The notes under the pieces are model-generated. The model saw only the letters and a list, made by a program, of their open reading frames with translations. It searched no databases and was not told where the DNA came from. A DNA stretch of 64,000 bases from Gammaproteobacteria bacterium (GTDB lineage: Bacteria; Pseudomonadota; Gammaproteobacteria; JABABF01), in NCBI GenBank assembly GCA_965237805.1, contig OZ250153.1, forward strand, positions 128,001 to 192,000, in the 5' to 3' direction. The position numbers were made by a program, and so were the translations under genes. How positions within the stretch are numbered: position 1 is the first letter of the stretch; every line of letters begins with the position of its first letter. Below, in pieces: positions 39,617-49,280 of this stretch.

Positions 39617-39777
39617 CGGCTCGCCTCATGCGGAGCCTAATCCGTCTCGTGTTGTCTGAGGACATGGCCTTGCATGCAGATCCTCAAGCATGCACTCAGA
39701 GTTGCCGGCCATGGCTGCGGGTGTTGCTGATCTGAGGGCAATTCGCGCCAAGTATTTTTGGATTTGGGTGGCGCAGG
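39617..39777 (+). pseudogene. Degenerate fragment of a second fucosyltransferase 3' end
   Basis: Across frameshifts it reads LMRSLIRLVL..MA/CMQILKHALRVA/PWLRVLL/IRAKYFWIW, aligning with RIRSRIRRAL..MDCMQRFNRKLRVVAPWLRPLH...LRVKYFWTW of 39391-39598. Confidence 0.7.
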
Positions 39778-39789
39778 ACGAGTGCTGCG

Positions 39790-40062
39790 CTCACTCAAAC
39801 GGCTACAGTCTCCGTCATCAGCGCTGAAATAGGTCTGCTCGTCGCTCAAATCCGAGGATAGATCGTAGTCTGAGCAAAAACACTTGCCAGCGCCGCGCAC
39901 GACTGACACGCAGCTGCTGATCGTGCTCATGCTCCTGTACGCCGTGCATCGCGTTGTTCAGCGCATTGCGTTGCTCGGGGCGGTTCAGCGTCATGCGCCG
40001 CACATGCTCGGCGGGGGTCATCGATCAGCAAGTGCGGTCCCCTCCGCCACACCCGCGGCCAT
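39790..40062 (-). pseudogene. Truncated, frameshifted enoyl-CoA hydratase
   Basis: ATG overlaps the upstream LLM stop. Fragments LLIDDP / AEHVRRMTLNRPEQRNALNNAM / VVRGAGKCFCSDYDLS lie in different frames, and the 3' two-thirds is missing. Confidence 0.85.
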
Positions 40063-41087
40063 CACGCTGTCTTCGCCAATAGGCGCATGGCGCGCTCATC
40101 GGCACCGTGTACGATGAGCCCGGTGATACCGCAATCGAGCCAGGCTTTGAAGCGTTCGCGCAGGCGCTGTGGCGGGCCGATCAGCGCCGCGTCATCGACA
40201 TATTCATCCGGCACCGCCGCCGCCGCTTCATCGCGTTGTCCGGCCAGAAACAATTCCTGCACCCGCTCCGCCTCCTGCGCGTAGCCGCGCCGCGCCATCA
40301 GTTTCTTGTGGAAGTTTAGCCGCTCGTGTCCCATGCCGCCGACATAGAGTGCGTAGAACGATTTTTGGCGATCCAGCGCCGCCCGCACATCCTCGGTGTA
40401 GCAGACATGGCAGGAGGCCTGCAGTTCGAAGTGCTTGGGACGTCCGCCGCGGGCGGCGAAACCTTGCTCCAGCGCTTGGCTGTAGTGCGGCATCATGCCG
40501 GGCACAAAGCCGAAAGGTAGCCAGCCGTCAGCCAGTTCTGCAGTCAGCCGCACATGGGGCCCGGCACCTGTGCCGAGCCAGATCGGGATGTCTGGATTGG
40601 CGTGCAGGATACTGCGCAGGGGTTTGGCCAGGCCGCTGGCAGCTGCTCCTCGGTATGGCAGCTGCAGCTCCTCACCATCGTGGCTCAGCGGTCCCTCGCG
40701 TCGCCATGCCTTACGCATGATGCGCACATAGTCGGCCAATCGTCGCCCCGGCTGCCCCCACGGCTGCCCGTACCAGCCCTCGACCACCTGTGGGCCGGAC
40801 AGTCCCAGCCCGACGATGACCCGCCCTTCTCCGGCCAAGGCATCCAGTGTGGCAGCTGTCATCGCCGTTGTGGTGGCGGGTCGCGCCGCCACAACGGCGA
40901 CCGAGGTGCCCAAGCGCAGGCGCTCGGTATGGGCAGCGATAAAGCTCAGCGGCGTGAAAGCATCACTGCCGTAGGCCTCGGCGGTCCACACCGAGTCGAA
41001 GCCGATCTGCTCGGCCAGCTGGATGCGCGCCATCGGCAGGCTCGGGTGCGCTTGATCCCACGGCATGCCGAGGCCCAGTTTTAGCAC
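40062..41087 (-). CDS. LLM-class oxidoreductase, probably F420-dependent
   Basis: AEQIGFDSVWTAEAYGSDAFTPL, GLGLSGPQVVEGWYG, LYVGGMG...NFH. Confidence 0.85.
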   Translation of the reverse strand: MLKLGLGMPWDQAHPSLPMARIQLAEQIGFDSVWTAEAYGSDAFTPLSFIAAHTERLRLGTSVAVVAARPATTTAMTAATLDALAGEGRVIVGLGLSGPQVVEGWYGQPWGQPGRRLADYVRIMRKAWRREGPLSHDGEELQLPYRGAAASGLAKPLRSILHANPDIPIWLGTGAGPHVRLTAELADGWLPFGFVPGMMPHYSQALEQGFAARGGRPKHFELQASCHVCYTEDVRAALDRQKSFYALYVGGMGHERLNFHKKLMARRGYAQEAERVQELFLAGQRDEAAAAVPDEYVDDAALIGPPQRLRERFKAWLDCGITGLIVHGADERAMRLLAKTA

Positions 41088-41166
41088 GACACACCTCAGC
41101 TCGGAGCGAGCTGGCCCCCGCTGGCACGGGCGGGGACAGAGCTGCTCACTTTTCCTGGCATCGGGC

Positions 41167-42039
41167 TTAGTGATCCAGCTTGAATACCCGTATGGCGTTT
41201 TCGCGCAGGAACTTCGGCCACACTTCATCGTGGAACGGCACATCGCGCAGCTCGCGGAAAATGCGTTCCAGCGATAGTCCCATCGGGAAATAGCCTGCAT
41301 ACATAATCTTGTCTGCGCCGCGAGTGTTGGCGAAGTGGATGATATCCTTGGGATAGTGCTTGGGCGCAAAAGCGCTGGTCGAGTAGTACAAGTTCGGGTA
41401 TTTGAGCATCAATTTCACCGCCAGCGCCGTCCACGGCTCACAGCCGTGGCGGGTGACGATTTTGAGCTCGGGGAAGAACCAGCAGACCTCATCCAACAGC
41501 TCCACATGTTGCGGTGCCATTGGCAGGCGTGGCCCGGGCACCCCCATACAGACGCACAATGGCAAATCCAGCTCTACCAGCTTGGCGTAGACCGGATACC
41601 ACTTCTTGTCATTGATCGGCACCTGTGGGAATAGCCCGGAAGGAAAGGCCGTCACCGCTTTAATATCGTGCTCACGGTGCATTTTTTCGATACGCCGCAC
41701 CTCGTCCATCGCATTGTTGGGATTGGCCTCAATGGAGAGGAAGAAGCGATCTGGATAGCGTTTGACCGCAGCTTTGCTGGTGTCTGGATCGGCACCGAAG
41801 CCGAGCATGGCGCGCTCGATGCCGTATTTATCCATCTCGTCGACGGTGAATTGAATATAGTCGTCGTGTTTGCCGGTTTTGGGGATGTCCTTGAACATGT
41901 ACTGGGCCGGCATTTTGAACAGCTCGCGGCTCTCTCGGTCGAGCAACAGTGGCTTGATGAACTCATACCAGCCGCTAGTATCTTCCCCTGGCACGCTCAG
42001 CATCAGGTCTATCGCTTTGATATCTGTAGGCATTGTCAT
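41167..42039 (-). CDS. Amidohydrolase_2 family protein
   Basis: MDKYGIERA, YP.YAKLVELDLP, GVPGPR, FPELKIVTRHG.EPW, NLYYSTSAFAPKHYP, GADKIMYA. Confidence 0.88.
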   Translation of the reverse strand: MTMPTDIKAIDLMLSVPGEDTSGWYEFIKPLLLDRESRELFKMPAQYMFKDIPKTGKHDDYIQFTVDEMDKYGIERAMLGFGADPDTSKAAVKRYPDRFFLSIEANPNNAMDEVRRIEKMHREHDIKAVTAFPSGLFPQVPINDKKWYPVYAKLVELDLPLCVCMGVPGPRLPMAPQHVELLDEVCWFFPELKIVTRHGCEPWTALAVKLMLKYPNLYYSTSAFAPKHYPKDIIHFANTRGADKIMYAGYFPMGLSLERIFRELRDVPFHDEVWPKFLRENAIRVFKLDH

Positions 42040-42081
42040 GATGATATTCTCTTATTTCTGAGGCGACTAAGCGGGCAGCCA

Positions 42082-42098
42082 CAGCCATCCGATGGCTG
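42082..42098. promoter_or_regulatory. Perfect 17-bp palindrome (candidate operator or hairpin)
   Basis: CAGCCATC-C-GATGGCTG, upstream of the amidohydrolase gene. Confidence 0.35.
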
Positions 42099-42113
42099 AG
42101 TGCAGCGCCACAC

Positions 42114-42578
42114 TTAGTAGCTCACATTTAATTTCCCGTGATCCCAGCTGATGATTTTTTCTGGACGCACGACGATGGCAGTCTTCTTGGGGGCCATACT
42201 GGCAGAGGCTTGCTCAATCAGCTCTTCACCGATATCCGCGCTGTTGCGGAGCAACACCGCTTTGTGCAGGCGGTGCACGGTTGGCACATCGTTGTGCAGC
42301 TCGGCACGGGCGTGGATCACGACACCGCGCAGCTGTTGGTACTCAAGGCCATTCTCAAACATCACCGTGAGCCGCACGTCGCGTTCCAAGTTCTTAACCT
42401 TTTGCGATTTGCGGAAGGTTTCCAGTACGATGTTGCCATCGACCAAAGCAAACCACAGGGTGGTCAGATGTGGTGTGCCGTCGCGGTTGATCGTGGCGAC
42501 GTGGATATTTTTGCGCTCGGCGATATAGGCCCACACTTCCTCATCGCTCATGCGGATCGAGTCGCGTCGTTTGGGCAT
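42114..42578 (-). CDS. Pyridoxamine 5'-phosphate oxidase-like (PPOX/FDOR) protein, possibly F420-binding
   Basis: RRDSIRMSDEE, VATINRDGTPH...WF, KSQKVKNLERD, ISWDHGKL. Confidence 0.85.
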   Translation of the reverse strand: MPKRRDSIRMSDEEVWAYIAERKNIHVATINRDGTPHLTTLWFALVDGNIVLETFRKSQKVKNLERDVRLTVMFENGLEYQQLRGVVIHARAELHNDVPTVHRLHKAVLLRNSADIGEELIEQASASMAPKKTAIVVRPEKIISWDHGKLNVSY

Positions 42579-42641
42579 TGGCTCCTACCTCTTGCTATCA
42601 GTCAGTGTTGCGCGGTGTCTGCTCAGAGTTCAGATCAGAGA

Positions 42642-43121
42642 TCAGAGATTTTGCTCGATCCAGCTGAGCACATCCTCGTGGTGTTGGCGCGTGCGCACTT
42701 TTGGCATCGCGTGGCGCAGGATGCCGTTGCGGTCGATGATAAAAGAGCTGCGGTGTTGGCCGATGAACTCGCGTCCCATGAACTTCTTCGGTTTCCAGGT
42801 GCCATAGGCCGTGGCGGCCAGATGCTCTTCATCGCTGAGCAGATCGAAGTCCAAGTTGTGCTTAGCGGCAAAGCGCGCCAAGCGCGACACCGGGTCGGGG
42901 CTGATGCCGAGTGCCACCGTCTGCGCGGCTTGCAGCGTCTTTCGACTGTCGCGCAGAGCGCAGGCCTGCACCGTGCAACCCGGTGTCAGCGCACGCGGAT
43001 AGAAATAGACCAGAACATTGCGCCCTTTGCAGTCGGCCAGCGAGACGCTCTCGCCGCGCTGGTTTTGCAGGCTAAAGGACGGTGCCACAGCGCCAATTTC
43101 CAGTTCCATCTGTTCAGCCAT
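42642..43121 (-). CDS. bcp: Thioredoxin-dependent thiol peroxidase BCP
   Basis: VYFYPRALTPGCTVQAC.LRD, GISPD, LLSDE. Confidence 0.95.
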   Translation of the reverse strand: MAEQMELEIGAVAPSFSLQNQRGESVSLADCKGRNVLVYFYPRALTPGCTVQACALRDSRKTLQAAQTVALGISPDPVSRLARFAAKHNLDFDLLSDEEHLAATAYGTWKPKKFMGREFIGQHRSSFIIDRNGILRHAMPKVRTRQHHEDVLSWIEQNL

Positions 43122-43204
43122 AGTGCGACATCTATGCCACCAATGCCAGCGCATTACACCGCACCAGTGGCCGCCAGTTTAGCACGGCAATCAACGCGAG
43201 CCGC

Positions 43205-44614
43205 TCAGTTTTGGGCATCGGTAGTTTCGACGATGCCCACGGGGGGCTTCCCTATTGATTCCGCCGACTCGGCCAGCCCCTCGTCGATTTCTTCGAGTGC
43301 CTCGAGCTCGAGGCTGTCCAAATAGTTTTTGGGCAGGGATTTTTTGGGACTGATGCCGAGATTGCGGATTTTTTCTGCCCGGCGCACCAAATTGCCACGG
43401 CCCTCGCTCAGCTGGCTGCGCCCACCCTCCCAAGCTTGTTGGGCTTTGTTGAGTGCTTGTCCGACGCCCTCGTAGGAGGCGACAAAATTCACGAATTTGT
43501 CGTACATGTCCCCGGCCAGCTTGGAGAGCTGCTCCACATTGCGATTGCGCTGATCGATGCGCCACATGCCGGCGACCATCAGTAATACCGGTAACAGGGT
43601 GGCCGGTGAGAGCAATGCGACCTTGCCCACTCTGCTCTGCTCCAGTAATTTAGGCTGTGCTTGATAGGCGGCGATATAGGCCGCCTCCAGCGGTACAAAC
43701 ATGAAGACGAACTCCAAGTTTTTGCCTTCCAGTTCCTCTATTTCTTGATAATTCTTTGCCGAGAGTTGCTTGATATGCGTCTCGACGGCCTTGACATGGG
43801 CTTTTATTTCCTGCTCGCGCTCATCGGCCTCTTTGGCACCCACTGCACGCTCGTAGGCATTGAGCGAGACTTTGGCATCAATGACGACATAGCGCTCGCC
43901 CGGCAGCTTCAACACCACATCCGGGCGCTTGCTCTGGTTCTGTTCGCTGCGGAATGTCTGCTGCGCTATGTAGTGCTGCCCCTGCACCAGACCAGCATTT
44001 TCGAGCAATTTCTGCAAGATCATCTCACCCCAATAACCGCGTGTCTGGCTTTCGCCTTTGAGCGCCTGGGTCAATTGTCGCGCCTCGTCGCCGATATTGA
44101 TATTGGCTTGGTGCAGCTGGTTGACCAAGGTCTTCAGCTCGGTGCGTTCGGTGCTGGCCTGGCCCTGATTGTGTTCTATTTTTTCGCGGAAGGCCTTGAT
44201 ATCGCTTTGCAAGGGATCGATCAACCGTTTGATCGCCAGCTCGCCAGCCCCTTGAATTGCTTCGCGCTTTTGCTCCAACGCCTTGCCGGCCATCGTTTGG
44301 AAACGCTCGCCGAGCTGATTGATCATCGCTTGGCGATCCTTTTCGCGCTCCAGCGTGGCTTCGCTCTCAGCTGCGTCCCGAGCCTGTAGCTGGGCTTTTA
44401 TTGTGTCGCGCTCGGTTTCGCTGCGCACGCGCTCCTCCACAGCTGTTTGCAGCTCGGCACCCAGCCGCTCCAGCGCGGCCTCGGCCCGGCGCCGGTTGCG
44501 CTCGGTGATGATGGACCAAACGGTGGTCCCCAAGGCCCACAGAGCCAAGATGATCAGGCTCCAGAGCACATAGAGCGCCCAGGTACTCATCCAGCTGCTG
44601 AGGATAGCGCTCAC
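43205..44614 (-). CDS. rmuC: DNA recombination protein RmuC
   Basis: N-terminal TM and coiled coil, RG.WGEMIL, RPDVV..LP, IDAKVSL, FMFVP.E, GRGNL. Confidence 0.93.
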   Translation of the reverse strand: MSAILSSWMSTWALYVLWSLIILALWALGTTVWSIITERNRRRAEAALERLGAELQTAVEERVRSETERDTIKAQLQARDAAESEATLEREKDRQAMINQLGERFQTMAGKALEQKREAIQGAGELAIKRLIDPLQSDIKAFREKIEHNQGQASTERTELKTLVNQLHQANINIGDEARQLTQALKGESQTRGYWGEMILQKLLENAGLVQGQHYIAQQTFRSEQNQSKRPDVVLKLPGERYVVIDAKVSLNAYERAVGAKEADEREQEIKAHVKAVETHIKQLSAKNYQEIEELEGKNLEFVFMFVPLEAAYIAAYQAQPKLLEQSRVGKVALLSPATLLPVLLMVAGMWRIDQRNRNVEQLSKLAGDMYDKFVNFVASYEGVGQALNKAQQAWEGGRSQLSEGRGNLVRRAEKIRNLGISPKKSLPKNYLDSLELEALEEIDEGLAESAESIGKPPVGIVETTDAQN

Positions 44615-45165
44615 GATTGTTTTTCTCCGCTAAACCACGAGATGGCGGCGTGCTGTACCGGATAGCCGTCGCCCGTGCTACGATCGTGGAAAAAATCGCG
44701 TAGGGTTCGCTCCACCACTGGGAAAGCCAGCTCGGCCCACGGGATATCTGCTTCGCTAAACAGCCCAACTTCTTGGCTTTCCGCGCCAGGGGAACAGTCT
44801 GCATTGTCCATCCGCGCACGGAAGAAGGCATAGACTTGGTTGATGCGGGTAATGTCGTAGACCCGGTACAACTGCTCGTCACCGATGCTCGCACGGGCTT
44901 CTTCCAAAGTCTCTCGCCGTGCGGCTTGAGCCAGCGTTTCGTGGTTCTCTAGATAGCCGGCAGGCAAGGTCCAGAAACCGATGCGCGGGATGATGGCGCG
45001 TCGGCACAACAACAGCTGATCGTCGATCACCGGCAAGGCACCGACGACGACGCGCGGATTTTGGTAGTGGATGTAGTTGCAGATGGTGCAAATATAGCGG
45101 TGGCGGTTGTCCTGCTCGGGTACGCGCCACGACAGAGAGCCACTGCACTGGCTACAAAAATTCAT
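44611..45165 (-). CDS. NUDIX hydrolase with N-terminal zinc ribbon
   Basis: MNFCSQC...CTIC..IHYQNP; Nudix box PAGYLENHET..QAARRETLEEA. Confidence 0.92.
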   Translation of the reverse strand: MNFCSQCSGSLSWRVPEQDNRHRYICTICNYIHYQNPRVVVGALPVIDDQLLLCRRAIIPRIGFWTLPAGYLENHETLAQAARRETLEEARASIGDEQLYRVYDITRINQVYAFFRARMDNADCSPGAESQEVGLFSEADIPWAELAFPVVERTLRDFFHDRSTGDGYPVQHAAISWFSGEKQS

Positions 45166-45656
45166 TGCACGGGCTGGCCAGCTTCTGCCAGCTGCCCGTA
45201 ATGGCCACTGTAGAACAGCAGAGGCAGCCCCTCACTGTGGCGGTGGTGCACCACCGCGCCGATCATGATGATATGGTCTCCACCGGGATGGTGTGTTCGC
45301 AGCTCACATTCAAAACAGGCCAAGCTGGTTGCCAGCACCGGGCAGCCACTGCCGCCGACGGTGGCATCGCCCGCATCCAGCTCATGCGCCCCTTGGCGCG
45401 TATAGCGGGTCGACAAGGCCTGCTGGTCGGCTCGCAGCACATTGACTGCATAGTGCGAAGCCGCCTCGAAGTCGGCTAGGCACTCCGAGTCGCGCTGCAG
45501 ATTCCAAAGCACCAGCGGCGGATTCAAGGACAGCGAGGCAAAAGAGTTCACTGTCATGCCAAAGGCGACGCCATCGCGGCGAGCGGCTGTGACCACACTC
45601 ACTCCGGTGGCAAAGCGCCCCAGCGAGTCGCGTAGTGCGCGGGCGGCTTCAGACAT
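45162..45656 (-). CDS. Flavin reductase-like protein
   Basis: LGRFATGVSVVT, GMTVNSFASLSLNPPLV, GGDH...G. Confidence 0.92.
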   Translation of the reverse strand: MSEAARALRDSLGRFATGVSVVTAARRDGVAFGMTVNSFASLSLNPPLVLWNLQRDSECLADFEAASHYAVNVLRADQQALSTRYTRQGAHELDAGDATVGGSGCPVLATSLACFECELRTHHPGGDHIIMIGAVVHHRHSEGLPLLFYSGHYGQLAEAGQPVQ

Positions 45657-46158
45657 CGGATGCCACCTTGCCAGCCCCCGCGACTCGCCAGCGTGCGGCG
45701 AGTTGTGTATCGCTGTCGCGCGTGCCAACCCAGTGCTCGCCATCGGCGCGCAGCTCCTTTTTCCACAGCGGCGCTTGGGTTTTCAGATAGTCCATGATGA
45801 AGGCGGCAGCATCGAATGCCGCCGCGCGGTGATGTGCGGCGACGACCAGCTGCACCACCACATCGCCCATCGGCACTTCGCCGACCCGGTGCACAATGCG
45901 GGTGCCCAGCAGTGGCCAACGACACTTTGCGCGTTCGGTGATTTCGGCGATAGATCGTTCAGTCATGCCGGGGTAGTGTTCCAAATAGAGTGCTCGGACT
46001 AGTGTACCGCTATCGGTCTCGCGCACCAAACCGGTGCAGCTGACGATGGCACCAGCCCCGGCCGCATCGCGGCGCAGGGCACCCTCCTCGGCCGCCGTAT
46101 CCCAAGGCTCGTGCTCTATGCGCACCGAGGAGCCCGTCGTCACCTGTGCCATCACCAT
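45649..46158 (-). CDS. moaE: Molybdopterin synthase catalytic subunit
   Basis: GAIVSCTGLVR, LEHYPGMT, HRVG, MDYLKTQAPLWKKE. Confidence 0.95.
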   Translation of the reverse strand: MVMAQVTTGSSVRIEHEPWDTAAEEGALRRDAAGAGAIVSCTGLVRETDSGTLVRALYLEHYPGMTERSIAEITERAKCRWPLLGTRIVHRVGEVPMGDVVVQLVVAAHHRAAAFDAAAFIMDYLKTQAPLWKKELRADGEHWVGTRDSDTQLAARWRVAGAGKVASDV

Positions 46159-46412
46159 CAGCCGCCAGAGACAGGCGGATAGAAGGCCACTTCATCGCCT
46201 GGCCGCAACGGTCTATCTCCGTGCACCACGCATTGGTTCACCGCTACCACCAGTTGCTCGTCGTCCAGCGCAGAGCCGCGCTCGGTGCCGAAATGGCTGC
46301 GCAGATGGGCGCGCAGGCGCTCGGTGCCAGCCAGTTCATCAGACCACGGCAACTGCAGCTCGCCGCAATCCAGCTGTTCGCGGAGCAGAGCGAAGAACAA
46401 TAGCCGCAACAT
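46158..46412 (-). CDS. moaD: Molybdopterin synthase sulfur carrier
   Basis: LFFA.LRE, AVNQ, GDEVAFYPPVSGG with C-terminal GG. Confidence 0.93.
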   Translation of the reverse strand: MLRLLFFALLREQLDCGELQLPWSDELAGTERLRAHLRSHFGTERGSALDDEQLVVAVNQCVVHGDRPLRPGDEVAFYPPVSGG

Positions 46413-46438
46413 ATGCGCACCCAGCCCCGCGCTCAGCG

Positions 46439-46927
46439 CTAAGCCTTGCAGCGCTGCCAATCGCCCGAGCGGCCACCGCTTTTTTGCACTAGGCGCAGCT
46501 CGCCGATCTCCATGCTGCGATCCACCGCCTTGCACATATCGTAGACCGCCAAAGCGCCGACTGAGACCGCCGTCAGCGCCTCCATCTCAACTCCGGTGCG
46601 CCCGTACAGGCGGCAGCTGGCCCGCAGTCGCAGACAGCTGGTGGCCAAGTCGGGCTCCAGCTCCACCGTCACTGATGACAGCATCAGCGGATGGCACAGC
46701 GGCAGCAGATCGGCACAGCGCTTTGCCGCTTGGATGCCGGCGATACGCGCCACAGCGGCGACATCGCCCTTGGGATGCCCGCCCTCGACGACCAAGCGCA
46801 GCGCCTCCTCACTCATATAGACGCAGGCTTCAGCCACCGCTTCGCGCTCGCTGGGAGCCTTGCTACCGATATCGACCATCTGAGCCCGACCTGCGGCATC
46901 GAGGTGGCTCAGTGTGGCGGTGGCCAT
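46439..46927 (-). CDS. moaC: Cyclic pyranopterin monophosphate synthase
   Basis: LSHLD..G.A.MVD, KGDV...[39 protein letters not shown]. Confidence 0.97.
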   Translation of the reverse strand: MATATLSHLDAAGRAQMVDIGSKAPSEREAVAEACVYMSEEALRLVVEGGHPKGDVAAVARIAGIQAAKRCADLLPLCHPLMLSSVTVELEPDLATSCLRLRASCRLYGRTGVEMEALTAVSVGALAVYDMCKAVDRSMEIGELRLVQKSGGRSGDWQRCKA

Positions 46928-46944
46928 GGACTATTTGCCGCCGC

Positions 46945-47424
46945 TCAGGGGCGGAACTCGATGCCGCGCATATGCGGTGGCAGGTTGAAGGTGTGGCCGG
47001 GTTCTTCGACTCGTTCCGTCATGCGCCAGCCCTGTTCGGTGCGTAGCAGCTTGTCCACATACCAGATACCGAAGAAGCTCAGCTGAGTGCGCCCTTGTTC
47101 CTCTCCCTCGACCGTTGGTAGTGGCACGTACATCGGGTTATGGCAGATGGTTCTAGCGCGCGCTCGATCGCCCTCCAAGAAGATACGCGAGGGGCCGATC
47201 ATATGCTGGTAGGCAGGGAAACCAGGCAGCGCCTCTTGCAAGAACTTCTTGATTTCCGGGTACTGTCCTTTGGGGCCGCCAAAGCAAGTGTAGTCGATAA
47301 AAGCATCCGCAGTGAAGATATCGTCGAGCTCATCAAATTGGCCGCTGTCGATGGCGATGCAGTAGTCGAGCAATAGCTCTTGAATCTCGAGGCGGTCGGA
47401 GATTTGCTGTGTTGACAGCGGCAT
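46945..47424 (-). CDS. SnoaL-like / NTF2-family protein
   Basis: ISDRLEIQELL..Y..AID, FTADA.IDY, WYVD...RT..GWRM..R. Confidence 0.85.
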   Translation of the reverse strand: MPLSTQQISDRLEIQELLLDYCIAIDSGQFDELDDIFTADAFIDYTCFGGPKGQYPEIKKFLQEALPGFPAYQHMIGPSRIFLEGDRARARTICHNPMYVPLPTVEGEEQGRTQLSFFGIWYVDKLLRTEQGWRMTERVEEPGHTFNLPPHMRGIEFRP

Positions 47425-47558
47425 GTTTGCCCCTTTCATTCTGGATATGTGGATATTTGCCCGCTAGTATGAGGGATGCGAGTGCCTTGGGCAAGCGCCT
47501 CGGTGATCATCAGCCCAATCCGTATAATTCATGCCAAGACATTCTGCTAGGCAGTGCC

Positions 47559-49280
47559 ATGTCAGCGTCCCTCCCAGACCGCTATCGCCAAATCCTGCAT
47601 CGTCTCACCGCTGCCGGAGAGACTTTCGCTGTCGAAGAGCGCAGTATCGAAGGACGCCAGTACCGCGTCTATAGCAATGCGGCGAGCAGCTTGGCCGAGG
47701 CGCTGGAAGTGGGTCGCGCTCACGGCGAGCGTATTTTTCTCCACTATCTGGGCGAAGACATCAGCTTCGCCGAATTCTTCCGCCGCGCCGATGCCATCGC
47801 CCACCAGCTGCACCACCGGCTCGGCTTGGCCCCCGGCGCACGCATCGCCATCGCCATGCGGAACTACCCCGAGTGGATGATCAGCTTCACCGCCGCCGTC
47901 TTGGCGCGCTTGGTGCCGGTCGGTGTCAATAGCTGGGGCAAGGCAGCGGAGCTGGAATGGGTGGTCGGCGATGCCGATGCCAGCGCGGTATTCTGCGATG
48001 CCGAGCGCCACCGCGCCCTGCAACCGGCACTGGAGCGGCTCGGCACCAGCGCTGTGCTGGTGCGTCCCGACGACGATGGGCCGCACGGTGAGCACACCCA
48101 CTTGTGGCAAGAGCTGCTGGCGGCTGGCAGTGGCCAGCCGCCCCTGTCGCTGCCGCCGCCGGAGACCGAGGAGCAGGCGATGATGCTCTACACCTCCGGC
48201 ACCACCGGTCGCCCGCGTGGCGTGATGACGCGGCACCGGCAAATCTGCCAATCGATCAGCGATTTCGAATGTACCGGTACCGCTATGGCCGAGATCAACG
48301 GTGATATCTTGATGGCGGCAGTGGAGCGCGGCTGTGATTTCAGCACGCTGATGGCCGTGCCGCTATTCCATGTCAGCGGTTGCCATGCGCTGTTCATGCG
48401 CTGCCTGCGAGCCGGTCAGCGCATCGTCATGATGTACAAATGGGATGTCGACGAGGCGGCGCGGCTGATCGCCGAGCAGCGTCTCAATGTCGTCAGCTTG
48501 GCACCGTTCATGTTGTTGCAGCTGCTGGAGTCCGAGGCCTTTGCCAAGCTGGGTAATACTGGCTTGGTTGCCTTGGGTGTCGGCGGCTCGGCGATGCCAG
48601 CGCAGTTGCCTGGCATCATCGAGGATCGCTGTCCCAATCAGCTGCCCGGTTGCGGTTACGGCTCCACCGAGACCAACGCCACCGGTGTATCGATGAACGG
48701 TCATATATTCCGCGACCGGCCCGCGGCCACTGGCTTGATGTCGCCGATTTGCCGCATGGAGATGCGCGCTGAGGATGGCGCGCCGCTACCCGATGGCAGT
48801 GTGGGCGAGATCTACATCTATGGATCCGCCGTTGCCGACGGCTATTGGCGAAAGCCCGAGCCCAGCGCTGCCGCTTTCTGCGACGGCTGGTTGCGTAGTG
48901 GCGATTTGGGGTATTTCGACGCTGATGGCTATGTGCATATCGTCGGGCGCGTCAAAGAGCAGATTATCCGCGCCGGTGAGAATATCGCGCCAGCCGAGAT
49001 AGAAGACAGCCTGCGCGAGCACCCGGCAGTGGCAGATAGCGCAGTTTTTGGGCTCCCTCACGACCAGTTGGGCGAAGAAGTGGCCGTGCGCGTGGTACTC
49101 GCCGACGGTGTTGTCGGCGAGGTCGAGGCGCTACGCGCTTGGCTAGGAGAGCGCATCGCCCATTTCAAAGTTCCCGCACATTGGCAGCTGGGTTCGGCAC
49201 CGTTGCCGCGCAACCCCAGCGGCAAGGTGCTAAAAAAGCAGCTGATCGCGGAGGCGCAGACGGCTGTGGCTGGCGGATGA
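47559..49280 (+). CDS. Class I adenylate-forming enzyme (long-chain acyl-CoA synthetase-like)
   Basis: YTSGTTGRPRG, PLFHVSG, GYGSTET, GWLRSGDLG, GRVKE.IIRAGENI, LPRNPSGKV; TATAAT at 47523-47528 upstream. Confidence 0.92.
   Translation: MSASLPDRYRQILHRLTAAGETFAVEERSIEGRQYRVYSNAASSLAEALEVGRAHGERIFLHYLGEDISFAEFFRRADAIAHQLHHRLGLAPGARIAIAMRNYPEWMISFTAAVLARLVPVGVNSWGKAAELEWVVGDADASAVFCDAERHRALQPALERLGTSAVLVRPDDDGPHGEHTHLWQELLAAGSGQPPLSLPPPETEEQAMMLYTSGTTGRPRGVMTRHRQICQSISDFECTGTAMAEINGDILMAAVERGCDFSTLMAVPLFHVSGCHALFMRCLRAGQRIVMMYKWDVDEAARLIAEQRLNVVSLAPFMLLQLLESEAFAKLGNTGLVALGVGGSAMPAQLPGIIEDRCPNQLPGCGYGSTETNATGVSMNGHIFRDRPAATGLMSPICRMEMRAEDGAPLPDGSVGEIYIYGSAVADGYWRKPEPSAAAFCDGWLRSGDLGYFDADGYVHIVGRVKEQIIRAGENIAPAEIEDSLREHPAVADSAVFGLPHDQLGEEVAVRVVLADGVVGEVEALRAWLGERIAHFKVPAHWQLGSAPLPRNPSGKVLKKQLIAEAQTAVAGG

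Noticed and set aside
39391-39777. Fucosyltransferase tail and downstream copy as DGR VR/TR
   Set aside because: Differences involve all bases plus indels, not adenine-specific substitutions.
42138-43325. 395-aa plus-strand ORF
   Set aside because: Antisense shadow of the PPOX, bcp and rmuC genes with no recognisable motifs; such ORFs are common in high-GC DNA.
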